From NCBI GenBank assembly GCA_963768055.1, contig CAVYGN010000001.1, positions 736,001 to 800,000 on the forward strand: DNA of 64,000 bases, given 5' to 3'. This document shows, piece after piece, positions 9,811 to 20,500 of the stretch (position 1 is its first letter; every line of letters begins with the position of its first letter). Origin of the DNA: an uncultured Spirochaetota bacterium. Its GTDB lineage: Bacteria; Spirochaetota; Brevinematia; Brevinematales; JAOACQ01. The position numbers and the translations under genes were made by a program. The notes beneath the pieces are model-generated. The model made no database searches, had not been told where the DNA came from, and saw nothing but the letters and a program-made list of their open reading frames with translations.

Positions 9811-10857
9811 ATGAAATTATCTTTAAAAATTGCTTATACTGATCTTATACCTTCGGGAATAGTTTTATCGGCTGTTTTATGGCCGGCTCTTACAGTACTT
9901 GCAACACTTACACTTTCCGGCTGTTCGAATTCGCCGGGGTCTTCCGGGGGCGGGGGTGGAAATGGGTCCGGTTCTTCGACTTCAAAGCCGATCAACGACG
10001 CAGCCCATGAATTTTCTCCCTCCTGGGTTTACAACCAGATAAACGGCGGAGCGGATAACGGCAGCGATCCTGCCCAGGCGATGCAGCTGATAATTGGTAA
10101 TGGGATAGATACACTATATTATTTTCCATATAATCCAAACGATTATTCTACCAAGCCCGATTCCGCGTCCATGAAAAGGGCTATTCAATATAAAGAATCG
10201 GGATGGATGTTCGTTTCTATAGATATCAATTCCATTAAGCAGCTCTTATCCACGGGGTTGCCCGTCGCAATAGCGATCAAGACATATGATCCTGATTTTG
10301 ATAATCTTGGATCAACAACAGGTTCGCTGACCGGCGATGTTTATTGTACTACTAACGCTTATAAAAACAGCAATTATGACGGCGATCATGAAATCTGTCT
10401 TGTCGGTTATGACGACAACAAGGGTTATTCATACCCCTCAGGCTCGGGCAGCGGGGCGTTCAGGTTCATCAATTCATGGGGTACAGGTTGGGACGACAAC
10501 GGATACGGCTGGATATCCTATTCATTCATATCGAACAGTGTCATTGAAGAAGCTGTCACGTTTAATTCGGCCGGATCGATTGCCGGCGGATCGATTACTC
10601 TTTCTTATGAAACTATGCCCGGAAGTTCTCTTCCAAACATAACAGGCCTGAGACGGCGGGGCGTAAAATTTAATAAACAGGCAAGAATTGCTATGAGATC
10701 ATATCTTTTCAAAAGTTCGGTCGCTCCGTTAGGATCTTCGGCTGATATTTCCGGAAGCATGCCGCCTGTCGGCAATCAGGGAATCCAGAATTCCTGCGTC
10801 GGCTGGGCCATCGGCTACTATATGAAAACTTACCTTCAAAACGGAAGGGGGTGGTGA
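9811..10857 (+). CDS. Papain-family (C1A) cysteine peptidase lipoprotein, circularly permuted
   Basis: Lipobox LSGC and a Gly/Ser linker, then FSPSWVYNQ, GDHEICLVGYDD (His), FINSWGTGW (Asn), and MPPVGNQGIQNSCVGWA (Gln/Cys) at the C-terminus. Confidence 0.85.
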   Translation: MKLSLKIAYTDLIPSGIVLSAVLWPALTVLATLTLSGCSNSPGSSGGGGGNGSGSSTSKPINDAAHEFSPSWVYNQINGGADNGSDPAQAMQLIIGNGIDTLYYFPYNPNDYSTKPDSASMKRAIQYKESGWMFVSIDINSIKQLLSTGLPVAIAIKTYDPDFDNLGSTTGSLTGDVYCTTNAYKNSNYDGDHEICLVGYDDNKGYSYPSGSGSGAFRFINSWGTGWDDNGYGWISYSFISNSVIEEAVTFNSAGSIAGGSITLSYETMPGSSLPNITGLRRRGVKFNKQARIAMRSYLFKSSVAPLGSSADISGSMPPVGNQGIQNSCVGWAIGYYMKTYLQNGRGW

Positions 10858-10870
10858 TGGGGGCAGCTAA

Positions 10871-11449
10871 ATGGATGAAAGGTTCAGAAAGCAATTAGAT
10901 TTTATTATTGAGATCGATAAAATTAAATCAATTTTCCGCAAAACAAAATTATTTGACGGCTCAAGATTGGAAAATGATTCCGAACATTCCTGGCACCTGG
11001 CCATGATGGCTATTATCCTGTTAGAGTATTCTAATGAACCTCTAAATTTCCCGAAAGTCATTAAAATGGTATTAATCCATGATATTGTTGAAATAGATGC
11101 CGGCGATACGATCATATATGCAAAAGATGCCCAAAAAGACAATGATGAAATTAAAGCAGCCGATAGAATATTCTCTTTATTGCCTGAAGACCAAAAGCAG
11201 GAAATGATAAGCATATGGAAGGAATTTGAAAAAAGGGAATCGCCCGAAGCTAAATTTGCCGCCGCCATTGACCGTCTTGAACCGGTTATGCAGAATTATT
11301 ATAATGATGCCCTTGCCTGGAGAAATAATAATATACCGGCAGAAAAAATTTTAAATGTCAATATTAGAATTAAAAACGGTTCTGAAAAATTATGGGATTA
11401 TGCAAAGAGCCTTATCGATAAATGTATTGAAAAAGGCTTGATTAAATGA
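10871..11449 (+). CDS. HD domain phosphohydrolase (YfbR/HDDC2-like)
   Basis: ENDSEHSWH, LIHDIVEIDAGD, DRLEP. Confidence 0.9.
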   Translation: MDERFRKQLDFIIEIDKIKSIFRKTKLFDGSRLENDSEHSWHLAMMAIILLEYSNEPLNFPKVIKMVLIHDIVEIDAGDTIIYAKDAQKDNDEIKAADRIFSLLPEDQKQEMISIWKEFEKRESPEAKFAAAIDRLEPVMQNYYNDALAWRNNNIPAEKILNVNIRIKNGSEKLWDYAKSLIDKCIEKGLIK

Positions 11450-11497
11450 AGCGGAAAGCCCCTGGAAAGGCTCTATTTAAATAACGGAGAGCATATC

Positions 11498-12130
11498 ATG
11501 GTTTCTTTGATGAAATTTTCGGGATGCACTTTTATTATTTCTGCAATATGTTTGGGAATATGGTGGTTTTCAGCAATGTTCCTTTTTTTCTATTTTGAAA
11601 AAAATTTAAGCCAGAATTTCGGAAATTACTATCTGTCAAATTGGTCAATAATCAGTAATATTTTTCAGTTTCTGACTGTCATTCTCATTGCAATTTCTTT
11701 TGGAACAATCTACTTTGTTTTCATGGGCGAATTGAAAAATCTTGGAGTTGTGTTATTTTGTATTATAATGACAGGTTCAATCCTGATGGGGGGGATCGCT
11801 TTTTATGAAACATTTATCTGGCCCGTGTTAGCTAAAATTGACGTGCAGATTTTAAATTTAACAAAAGGGCCTGTTTATACGAATATCTTGTTCCTGATAG
11901 GATTTTCCATTCCCTTATTTCTTTTTGTTTTGAATTTTATCCTTTACGGGTTCGCATTCTGGAGTTTGGGGATTTATCCGGCTACGGCATTATTATCTTT
12001 TGTCTTCGGGGCTGTTATTTTCGCATTGGGGTCGCTGATAACCCCGGTCCGTTATTATGTTCAAAGTTCCGGGGTGATTTTATTGATCTGCGGTTTGATC
12101 GGGACGGGCTTAAGAAATTTGCATGGCTGA
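11498..12130 (+). CDS. Hypothetical membrane protein (about 6 TM)
   Basis: Long hydrophobic ORF; GGAG RBS. Confidence 0.7.
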   Translation: MVSLMKFSGCTFIISAICLGIWWFSAMFLFFYFEKNLSQNFGNYYLSNWSIISNIFQFLTVILIAISFGTIYFVFMGELKNLGVVLFCIIMTGSILMGGIAFYETFIWPVLAKIDVQILNLTKGPVYTNILFLIGFSIPLFLFVLNFILYGFAFWSLGIYPATALLSFVFGAVIFALGSLITPVRYYVQSSGVILLICGLIGTGLRNLHG

Positions 12131-12154
12131 TGGATTGATAATGGCGGTTTATTT

Positions 12155-12577
12155 ATGAAAGGAATAATTATTAAAGACGGCTTAGAAAATATGGATTTTG
12201 AAAAAATAACGGAAATGCTTTCCAAGTCATTCTGGGTTCCCGGCATTAAGATAGACGAGGTAAAAAAGGGGGCGTTTAATTCAGCCCTGGTTATAGGAGC
12301 ATTCCTGAATGATAATGTCCAGATAAGCTATGCAAGAGTAATATCGGATAAGACAAGGTTTGCTTACATTCTTGACGTGTATGTCGACGAACCCTATAGA
12401 AAACAGGGAATCGGCCAAGCTATGATAAAATATATCCTTTCACATAATGAATTGAAGGATGTTTATCAATGGACATTGATAACAAAAGACGCTCACGGGG
12501 TTTATAGTAAACTGGGTTTCAAGCCTACCGGCCGCGCATCGGACTGGATGGAAATCAGGAATGAAAGGCCGAGGTGA
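12155..12577 (+). CDS. GNAT family N-acetyltransferase
   Basis: ARVISDKTRFAYILDVYV..YRKQGIG, TKDAHGVYSKLGF. Confidence 0.9.
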   Translation: MKGIIIKDGLENMDFEKITEMLSKSFWVPGIKIDEVKKGAFNSALVIGAFLNDNVQISYARVISDKTRFAYILDVYVDEPYRKQGIGQAMIKYILSHNELKDVYQWTLITKDAHGVYSKLGFKPTGRASDWMEIRNERPR

Positions 12578-12579
12578 GG

Positions 12580-13619
12580 CTATTTTATTTTAAAACTTAT
12601 CCTGTTTCCCGCCATATAATGGGGAATGCCGCTTTTATTGTAGTCATGGCCCCAGTGCGGGGAATATCCGTAAACAAGCCAGCCTTCCCGGCCGCTTTCA
12701 TCATCGAAAACAATAACGGATTCACAGGAAAGCGATTTTCCTATAAGAGGCTGGCTGTAGTCCTTAATGAGCATTTCAGGGTCGGACCATGCCGTTCCGT
12801 CATTCGAATAGGATATATATATGCCGCTTTTGCTGAGGCCGGTATTGTACACGAATTCCTTCCAATAATCGACATTGAGAGTCATGATATATTTTTTGAG
12901 GTATGGGGAATATACCACATGGGCTTCCTCTGTTTCCGCTGTGTTCCCTCCGGGGAGATTAAATAACGGAGTGTTCCTGCCTCCTATTCCCGGCTCTTCA
13001 AATTTACCGTTATAATATTTATAAAATACCAGTCCGGTTTCATTGATTTTATCTATTGATGCTCGGGCCATGCATACCTGGACGCCGCGGTTATCTATTC
13101 GGGAATGTTCGGTATAATAGAGATAAACGAATTTTTTATTTTTATCGACGACAAGCCCCGGGTCGCCGGTTCCGCGGTAGCCTGGCCCTTAAAGAAAGTC
13201 CATTCTTTCGGCTTGCAGCTTTGGATTACAGGCCCGAGCTTCAGCCAGCTCAGCCCTCCGTTAGTGGATGAGGCGAGGAAGACCCTGCAATAAAAGCCCG
13301 GTACGCCGTTTCCGAGAGCAGGCAAATCCTCCTGGTCTTCGCCATGATAAACCGCATACCAGGTCCCGCTCTTATAAAAGGCCCCACTGACGCCGGCATA
13401 TCCATTGTCCTGAGAACCGGGAGGGCCGGGGTCAATTACCTTCCTTGCTCTTTCAAGGTGCCCGATATCTTTTCCTTCTATCAGGTAAGTATATTTAATT
13501 GCCGAAATCAGAGCGCGGAAAACAGGTTTTGTCTGCAAAACCGTTAAGGCCTCATCCGGGAAGTATTCCAGGCCGAGCGAGCCGCTTGAAAGCAGGGTCT
13601 GCCTGTCGCCGAGAGTCAA
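12580..13619 (-). pseudogene. Asp-box beta-propeller (glycosidase/sialidase-like) gene split by a 1-nt frameshift near 13178
   Basis: ORFs 13095..13619 and 12580..13071 join if one base is added: ...FKGQA[x]RGTGDPGLVVDKNKKFVYLYYTEHSRIDNRGVQVCMARAS... Asp-box-like SSTNGGLSW and SYSNDGTAW lie one in each half. Confidence 0.75.
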
Positions 13620-13816
13620 AATGATATCCGGCTTTTCATGGCAATATAATGATGAGCAGTAAATCAGAAAAATTAAAAAGGGAATAATTTTAAATAAAAT
13701 AAATATGCTCCCGGCAGGAAGTTTAACTTGTTAAGATCTTTTTGTAAAGGTATAACTAAAATTTTTGATAAAAACGGCAACCGGGGTTAGTATAATGGGC
13801 AAATAAAGGATTTATT

Positions 13817-14266
13817 ATGAGTTGTAAAATTATAGCAATCGGTAAAAGCCAGATTCAAAGGTTAAAGTCGTTATGGGAAAAGTTAAATGAAATGCATTTA
13901 ACAGATTCAAATTATTTCAAAGAACAATATAAAGAATTTACCTTTGATAAGCGCTGTGAAAAATTTATTGAAATGGAAGACAATAAAATTCTGATAGAAT
14001 TAGTCATAGACAATGAAATTCCTGTAGGCTACTGCATATCGACAATAGATAAGGGTGTCGGAGAAATTGATTCATTATTTGTTGAAGAAATATATAGAAA
14101 ATTTGGCTTCGGCAGGCAATTGATTTTAAACAGTATTAAATGGTTAAAAAGGAATCACTGTATTAAAATATTTGTCACGGTTGCCGAAGGCCACGAATCC
14201 GTATTCGGATTTTATCAAAGATTCGGTTTTTATCCAAGAATGACATATCTTCAGCTAAAAGAATGA
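13817..14266 (+). CDS. GNAT family N-acetyltransferase
   Basis: GEIDSLFVEEIYRKFGFG, GFYQRFGF. Confidence 0.9.
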   Translation: MSCKIIAIGKSQIQRLKSLWEKLNEMHLTDSNYFKEQYKEFTFDKRCEKFIEMEDNKILIELVIDNEIPVGYCISTIDKGVGEIDSLFVEEIYRKFGFGRQLILNSIKWLKRNHCIKIFVTVAEGHESVFGFYQRFGFYPRMTYLQLKE

Positions 14267-14547
14267 ATTGATTATGGCCGGCTGCGGAATGGCAATCCCC
14301 ATGCTAAACACTCCGCCGGAAAAAAATTTCTTCAATATTATATTTTAAACCGGTTAAGTATGCTATAATAATCGGCTGTAAAATTTATGAGGCGGCCCGC
14401 CGATGCCATTAAGCTTTTTATACAAATTATTTATGACTAAGAAAAGTAACCCTGATAAAAAGTTTTTTATGTCAAGTGACTGGATGAACCGTAACCGGAG
14501 CAAAATGTCCCGAAACAAAGAGAGGTATGTTTCGAAGGGGCGATAAT

Positions 14548-17500
14548 TCAACCAATAACTACCTCAGCCAAATGTTCTGCACGGTCATCGAAAAGCGGTA
14601 AGAATTTATCCTCCCGTTTTATCCCGTCGACGGCTACCGAAACAACATTATCCGATGCCCCGGCCCGCACGATCGTTATATGATAAAATGTCTCTCTATA
14701 GCGGTAATGGATCTTGAACGAATTCCACTCTTCCGGCAGGCAGGGTTCAAAAGAAAGCCTGTCAACTTTTAATTGTATTCCCAGCAGGTACTTAACTATG
14801 AGCTGGTACATCCATGACGCGGAACCGGTATACCATGTCCACCCGCCGCGCCCGGCATGGGGCAGGGCGGTGTAAACATCTCCGCACATGACAAAAGGTT
14901 CCACTTTGTAAACATCGCACTTATCCGGGGTATCGCTATGCCGGACAGGGTTGATCAGGTTCAATAATTCCCAGGCGCGGTTTCGATCTTTCAGCAGCGC
15001 AAACGCAATAACCGCCCATACCGCGGCATGTGTATACTGGGCCCCGTTTTCCCTCACGCCTGGAACATATCCCATTATATATCCGGGGTTATTCGCGGAT
15101 TTATCAAACGGGGGATCGAAGAGTTTTATCAGGCCGTCTTTTCTGTCAACAAGCCGCCGGTCAACCTGGTCCATAGCAGCTTTAGCCCTCTGGGCGCCGG
15201 ACTCTCCGGATATGACCGCCCAGGACTGGGGTATCGAATCGATTTGACATTCCATGTTGGACGAAGAACCCAGGATTTCCCCGTTATCGAAATACGCCCT
15301 TATGTACCATTGCCCGTCCCATGCGTTTTCTTCAATGTTTTGTGAAAGAAGGTCAGCTTCTTTGAGGCATAATTCCGAAAAGCTCGCGTCTCCGCGGTTC
15401 AAGCTCAGCACGGACATCGATTTCAGGACATAGTACAGGAAGAATGCCAGCCAGACGCTTTCCCCTTTCCCTTTATTTCCTACAAGGTTCATCCCGTCGT
15501 TCCAATCGCCGCTTCCCATAAGCGGGAGGCCATGAATGCCGAAATTCAAGCTCTTTTTTACCGCTAAAACACAATGTTCATATAATGTTCCTGATTTACC
15601 GGATCTTTTAGGCGTTTCAAAATAAGATTCATCCCCCGGTTTTACCGGAGGCCCTTCAAGAAAGGCTGCTTGTTCCTCAAGGACCCCTGTATCCCCGATC
15701 TCATTTACATAAAGACATGTAACAAGCGGAAGCCATAAATAATCGTCCGAACAATGGGTGCGGATGCCGGCGCCGGATGAAGGATGCCACCAATGCTGAA
15801 CGTCGCCTTCGATAAATTGCCGCGAAGCGAAGGTCAGTAATTGTTCCCTTGCCATTCCCGGATTGGTATGCATCAGGGCCATGCAGTCCTGCAGCTGGTC
15901 GCGGAAACCGTACGCGCCGCCTGACTGATAAAAACCGCTGCGACCCCACAGGCGGCAGCTTATCACCTGATATTGCAGCCATCCGTTCACAAGAAAATTG
16001 ATAGAATTGTCAGGCGTTTCGATATATACCACTCCAAGGGTGTGTTTCCAGTATTCCCAGACGGCTTCCAGTTCCCGGCGTACCGACTCGGCTCCGTTAA
16101 AACGCTGCAGAAAACCCCTTGCTTCATCGACGCTTTTGCCGGAGCCGAAGATAAATATAATCTCCTTCTCATAGCTGTCGTCCAGCTGGAAAATTACCTG
16201 CATGGACGCACATGGGTCAAGGCCTGCTCCGGTATTGCCCGATAATCTTTCGCACAGCATTGCGGCGGGAGCCGCCATTGTGCCGTTCCTTCCTATAAAC
16301 TCGATCCTGTCGCCGCATACGAAACGTGCAGTTTCGTTGGTATCGAGGAAAACGATCCTGTCGGTGAAATCTTTATTGTAGGGATTATAAGCCAGGAGCG
16401 CGCCGCTTTTCGGGTCTACTTCTGTTGAAATATGCATATGGAATTTATCTCTGAAGGTACCCATAACCAGCTCATAGTAGGCTGCAGCGGAGAGTATTCT
16501 TTTTCGACCGGAGTTGTTTTTAACTTTTAAGACTGCAAATTTTACAGGGTGTTCAAGAGAAACAAAAACCGTCAATTCTGTGAAAATTCCCCACTCCTCA
16601 TGCTCGAAAATACTGTATCCGAAACCATGGCGGGTTACATAGATAGTTTTTCCCCCGGCTGGAAGTGGGGCGGGGGACCAGAAAAAACCTGTTTCCTCAT
16701 CGCGCAGATAAAGCGCTTCTCCGCAGGCGTCCGTTACCGGGTCGTTCTTCCATGGCGTTAGACGGTACTCATGCGCGTTTTCGCTCCATGTATACGCGGA
16801 CCCGCTTTCTGAAACTATTGTGCCGAAATTCCTGTTGGCCAGCACGTTTACCCAGGGAGCGGGAGTCCTGGCCGATAAGTTGGTTGTGATTACATATTCG
16901 CGGCCGTCATGGGTAAAACCGCCTAAACCGTTGAAATATTCCAGGTCGGAGCGTTCCCCGAATTTCTCTCCCGTTGTGCCGTAGGGCTGCCTTGACTTTT
17001 TACCCGGAGCAAACGGAAACCTGATTATCCTGGGTTGAGCTTTATACTCTATTTGTTCCGCCAGTGTTCCGCCCTTGTCGGTAATTACTATCCGCGTTGC
17101 GGTTTGCAGCAATATTTTATCATCTTCGGACATCTGGTCGGTACGCCTTAAGAATATCCTGCCCTGATGTTTCGACCCTGCCTCGGCATATGCCGATATC
17201 AGGCCGTTTATCCTTTCACTCATGCTGTCGCGATAAACCGAATGATCCTCATTCCAGATTACGAGGTCTGTTATCAGGCCTTTCAAGCTCCAGAACGAAT
17301 GCGCCTTCACCATTTGCGTTATCAAGTCAATATTTTCCTGATGTTCGATACTGACAAGCACTATAGGAAGGTCCCCTGAAATGCCATGTCCCCACAGGTC
17401 GGACTGCCCCCTTAAATTCTGCCTGAGGATGGCGGGATTCGCCCGCCATACGGGATTTGAATAAACAATGGCGCTCGCAAGACGGCCGTACAATTGAGCT

Positions 17501-20500
17501 TCGGATTCCGTTGTGTTGATCTGCTGCAATTCTACCTGCCCGTTCGTCCATGCAAGATCGAATACTCTGTCGGCAAGATTGCGGTCCCTGTACTTTTCCA
17601 TCAATGCGCGTGTGGATTCCCTGCTGCCGCATATTCCGGTAATATAATCGATTGTCGCCGATTCATCGTTTTCCAGTTCAATCCTGCAGCGGATGGAAAC
17701 AATCGGGTCCAGCACAGAACCTTCGCTGCCTGAAAGAGCTTCCCTGGTCTGCATGGCAAGCGGCCTTTCGGGTGTATTACATCTGCCGATAAATTTATTA
17801 CGATCGGTTTCATAGGTAGCGCCTTCGATCGAATTGCCATGAACAGCCATAAGATGCAGCATTATAGGAAAGGCGTCCTTTTCAGACCTGGGCCTCCGGG
17901 TGCAGATAATCGCCTGGTGCGACCTGATAATTTCCGTTTGTACAAACAGGTTGCTGAAACTTTTGTGCGCGTAGTCATTCGCGGGATAGTTCAAAACAAC
18001 TTCCGCATAGCTGGTAAGTTCAATAATGCGCTTGGTGCGAGACCTGTTTGTGATTGTAACCCTGCGTAGTTCTATATCGTCTTCCGGGGAAACAGCTATT
18101 TTCGTATGAGTTTCTATATGATGGTCCCTTCGCTTGAATTCCGCCCACGACCTTGAAAATATCGCCTCATAATTTCCTGATTTCTGCAGGGCCGGCTGGT
18201 ATGCCGAAGACCAGTATTCGCCCGTTTTCATATCGCGCAGATAAAGGAAAGTTCCTTCATTCTCCAAAGCCGTATCTTCGTGCCATCTGGTAATAGCGAT
18301 ATTATTCCAGCTGCTGTAACCGCCTCCGGAATTGGTCACCATGACGCTGTATTTGCCGTTGGATAACAGGTGTATTTCGGGCACAGGGGTATTGGGATTG
18401 GGAAATACACGCAATAAAGCCTCTCTTTCCTCTATTTTTCTGAGTAATCCGGTTACTTCGATATCGTAAAGGAATGGAACATCCTTGGGTACCCGTTCCT
18501 GAAGAAGCAGCTCCGTCGCCTTGAACATCGGGTCTGCCAGAAATCTTCTCTGCATAGGTTTATCCAGCAGGCAATATGCGAGAGCGAGTAAGCTCATCCC
18601 CTGGTGATGCGCCATGAATGACTTGACGACCGCATGTGTTTCATTATGGGCAAGCCTTGAAGGAGTATAATCTATTGCCTCATAAAAACCGTATTCTCCG
18701 TTAAATCCTTCCGTTCTCAAATTTTCAAGGTTTGTGCATGCTTTATCCGGCGTAACCATGAGGGCCAGGGCGGAAGCGTAAGGGGCGACGACCAGATCTT
18801 CGGACAGTCCCCTCTTAAAACCGATATCAGGTATTCCGAATGCGCGGTATTGATAGGCCATAGACGCATCCAGCTTATTATAGCCCGATTCGGAGATACC
18901 CCAGGGTATGTTGTTGCGAAAGGCATAGTCGATCTGGCGGCTTACCATGGTTTTATATGTTTTATTAAGCAGGGTTCCCTCGTAAGATGGCATAACAAGA
19001 AGAGGCATCAGGTATTCGAACATCGATCCGCCCCATGATACCAGAACGGGTTTTCCGCCGGGCTTTGAAAGCAGCCTGCCGAGCATAAACCAATGTTCCT
19101 GGGGCAGCCTCCCCTGGGCAATTGCCACAAAACTGCCGAGCCTGGCTTCGGATGCGAGAAGGTCGTAAAATGAAGGGTCCGGTTTGTGTTCGGCTACATT
19201 GTAACCTATTGAAAGAAGATGCGAGGATCTATTGTACAAAAACTCATATTCCATGACTGACATTTCGCTGCAGATTTGAGCCAGGTCATTAATCAAAACG
19301 ATCCTTGCGCTTGATCTTGCGCCGGCATCCTTAATCGAGGCCCTGAAAGCGGCGAACCATTCATTTCCCTTTATCGATTCGTCATCGTTCAGAATAAAAT
19401 GTTCGAGTATTGAATCTACCAGCGGCAATAATTTAAGCTCCAATCTTGCGGCTTCTCTAAGGGTGGGGATTTCATTAAGGCCTGACAATTCTTCCCTGAA
19501 CCGGGCAAGGCGCTTTTTCTGCTCATCATCCCCTTTGTCCCAAATACCCGGTATTAAAGGCGGTAGAAGGACCCAGGGTGAGTAAAAAGACAGTTCCTCC
19601 AGGCAATCGTAGCACTGTTTTTCAAGAGCCTTTACCCATTTTTTAATTTTTTCAGAGTACTGCAGATCCAGGATAGAGAGAATTTTTGAGATATCGGCTG
19701 TAAGCCCGTTTAAAAGCGGGTAAATTTCAGAAAGGCGGGCAGGCGGGGAATCGATTTTGTCCCTGATATGCTCTATCTCTTCATTTACTATTTTAAATGT
19801 ATCCCCGCGCCCCTTAACGTTTTCATGCAGGATATTCAAGGTATCGCAAAGCCCGTCAAATATCTTCAGGGATAGTATTTTATTCCCGGGTAATTCCAGC
19901 AGCCCGGAACGCAAAACCATGAGATGGCCGGCCATATTTCCGCTGTCGACCGAGGAAATATACAGCGGCTTCAAGGGTTTTATGGTAATTGTATCGTACC
20001 AGTTATAAAAATGCCCCCTGTATTTTTCCATGCCTTTCATTGTATGAAACGTTTTTCCCGTTCTGTCCAGCAGTCTGCCCATGGATATATAACCGAAATC
20101 GTATGCGGCCAGGTTTGATAGAAGGGACAAACCGATATTGGTCGGCGATGTCCTGTGGGCTGCTGCTCCCAGGAACTTTTCCTGGAAATTATCCGGAGGA
20201 AGCCAGTTATCCTGTCCGGTAACGAAGGTTTCGAAAAACCCCCAGGTCCTTCGGGCTATAGTTCTGAGAAAAACAAGCTGTTCTCCTGATAATCCGGCTT
20301 TAATGGCAGAAGGCGTCCCGCTGATGATATATGCGATCGCCGGCGATAAAAGCCATAAAATCGAAATGATAAAAACAAACGCACCGGTATATTTAAACAT
20401 TAAAACTGATACTATTAAAAGAGAAACGGCGGCGACAGGGGAAATAAACATTCTTTTATAAAAACCGATCGGTGATTTCGGCGAATTGTTTTCCGGCTCG

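Noticed and set aside
10855..10878. Stop-codon readthrough or selenocysteine extending the C1 protease
   Set aside because: The frame closes again after six codons and encodes no further protease motifs.
1220..14300. Canonical integron cassette array
   Set aside because: Gene types fit (GNATs, HD, small membrane proteins) but no integrase and no attC R''/R' boxes were seen, and orientations are mixed.
14470..14545. c-di-GMP riboswitch-like sequence after cgs
   Set aside because: Only a simple CGAAACA/TGTTTCG hairpin, more likely a terminator; lacks the GEMM two-stem layout and a downstream gene.
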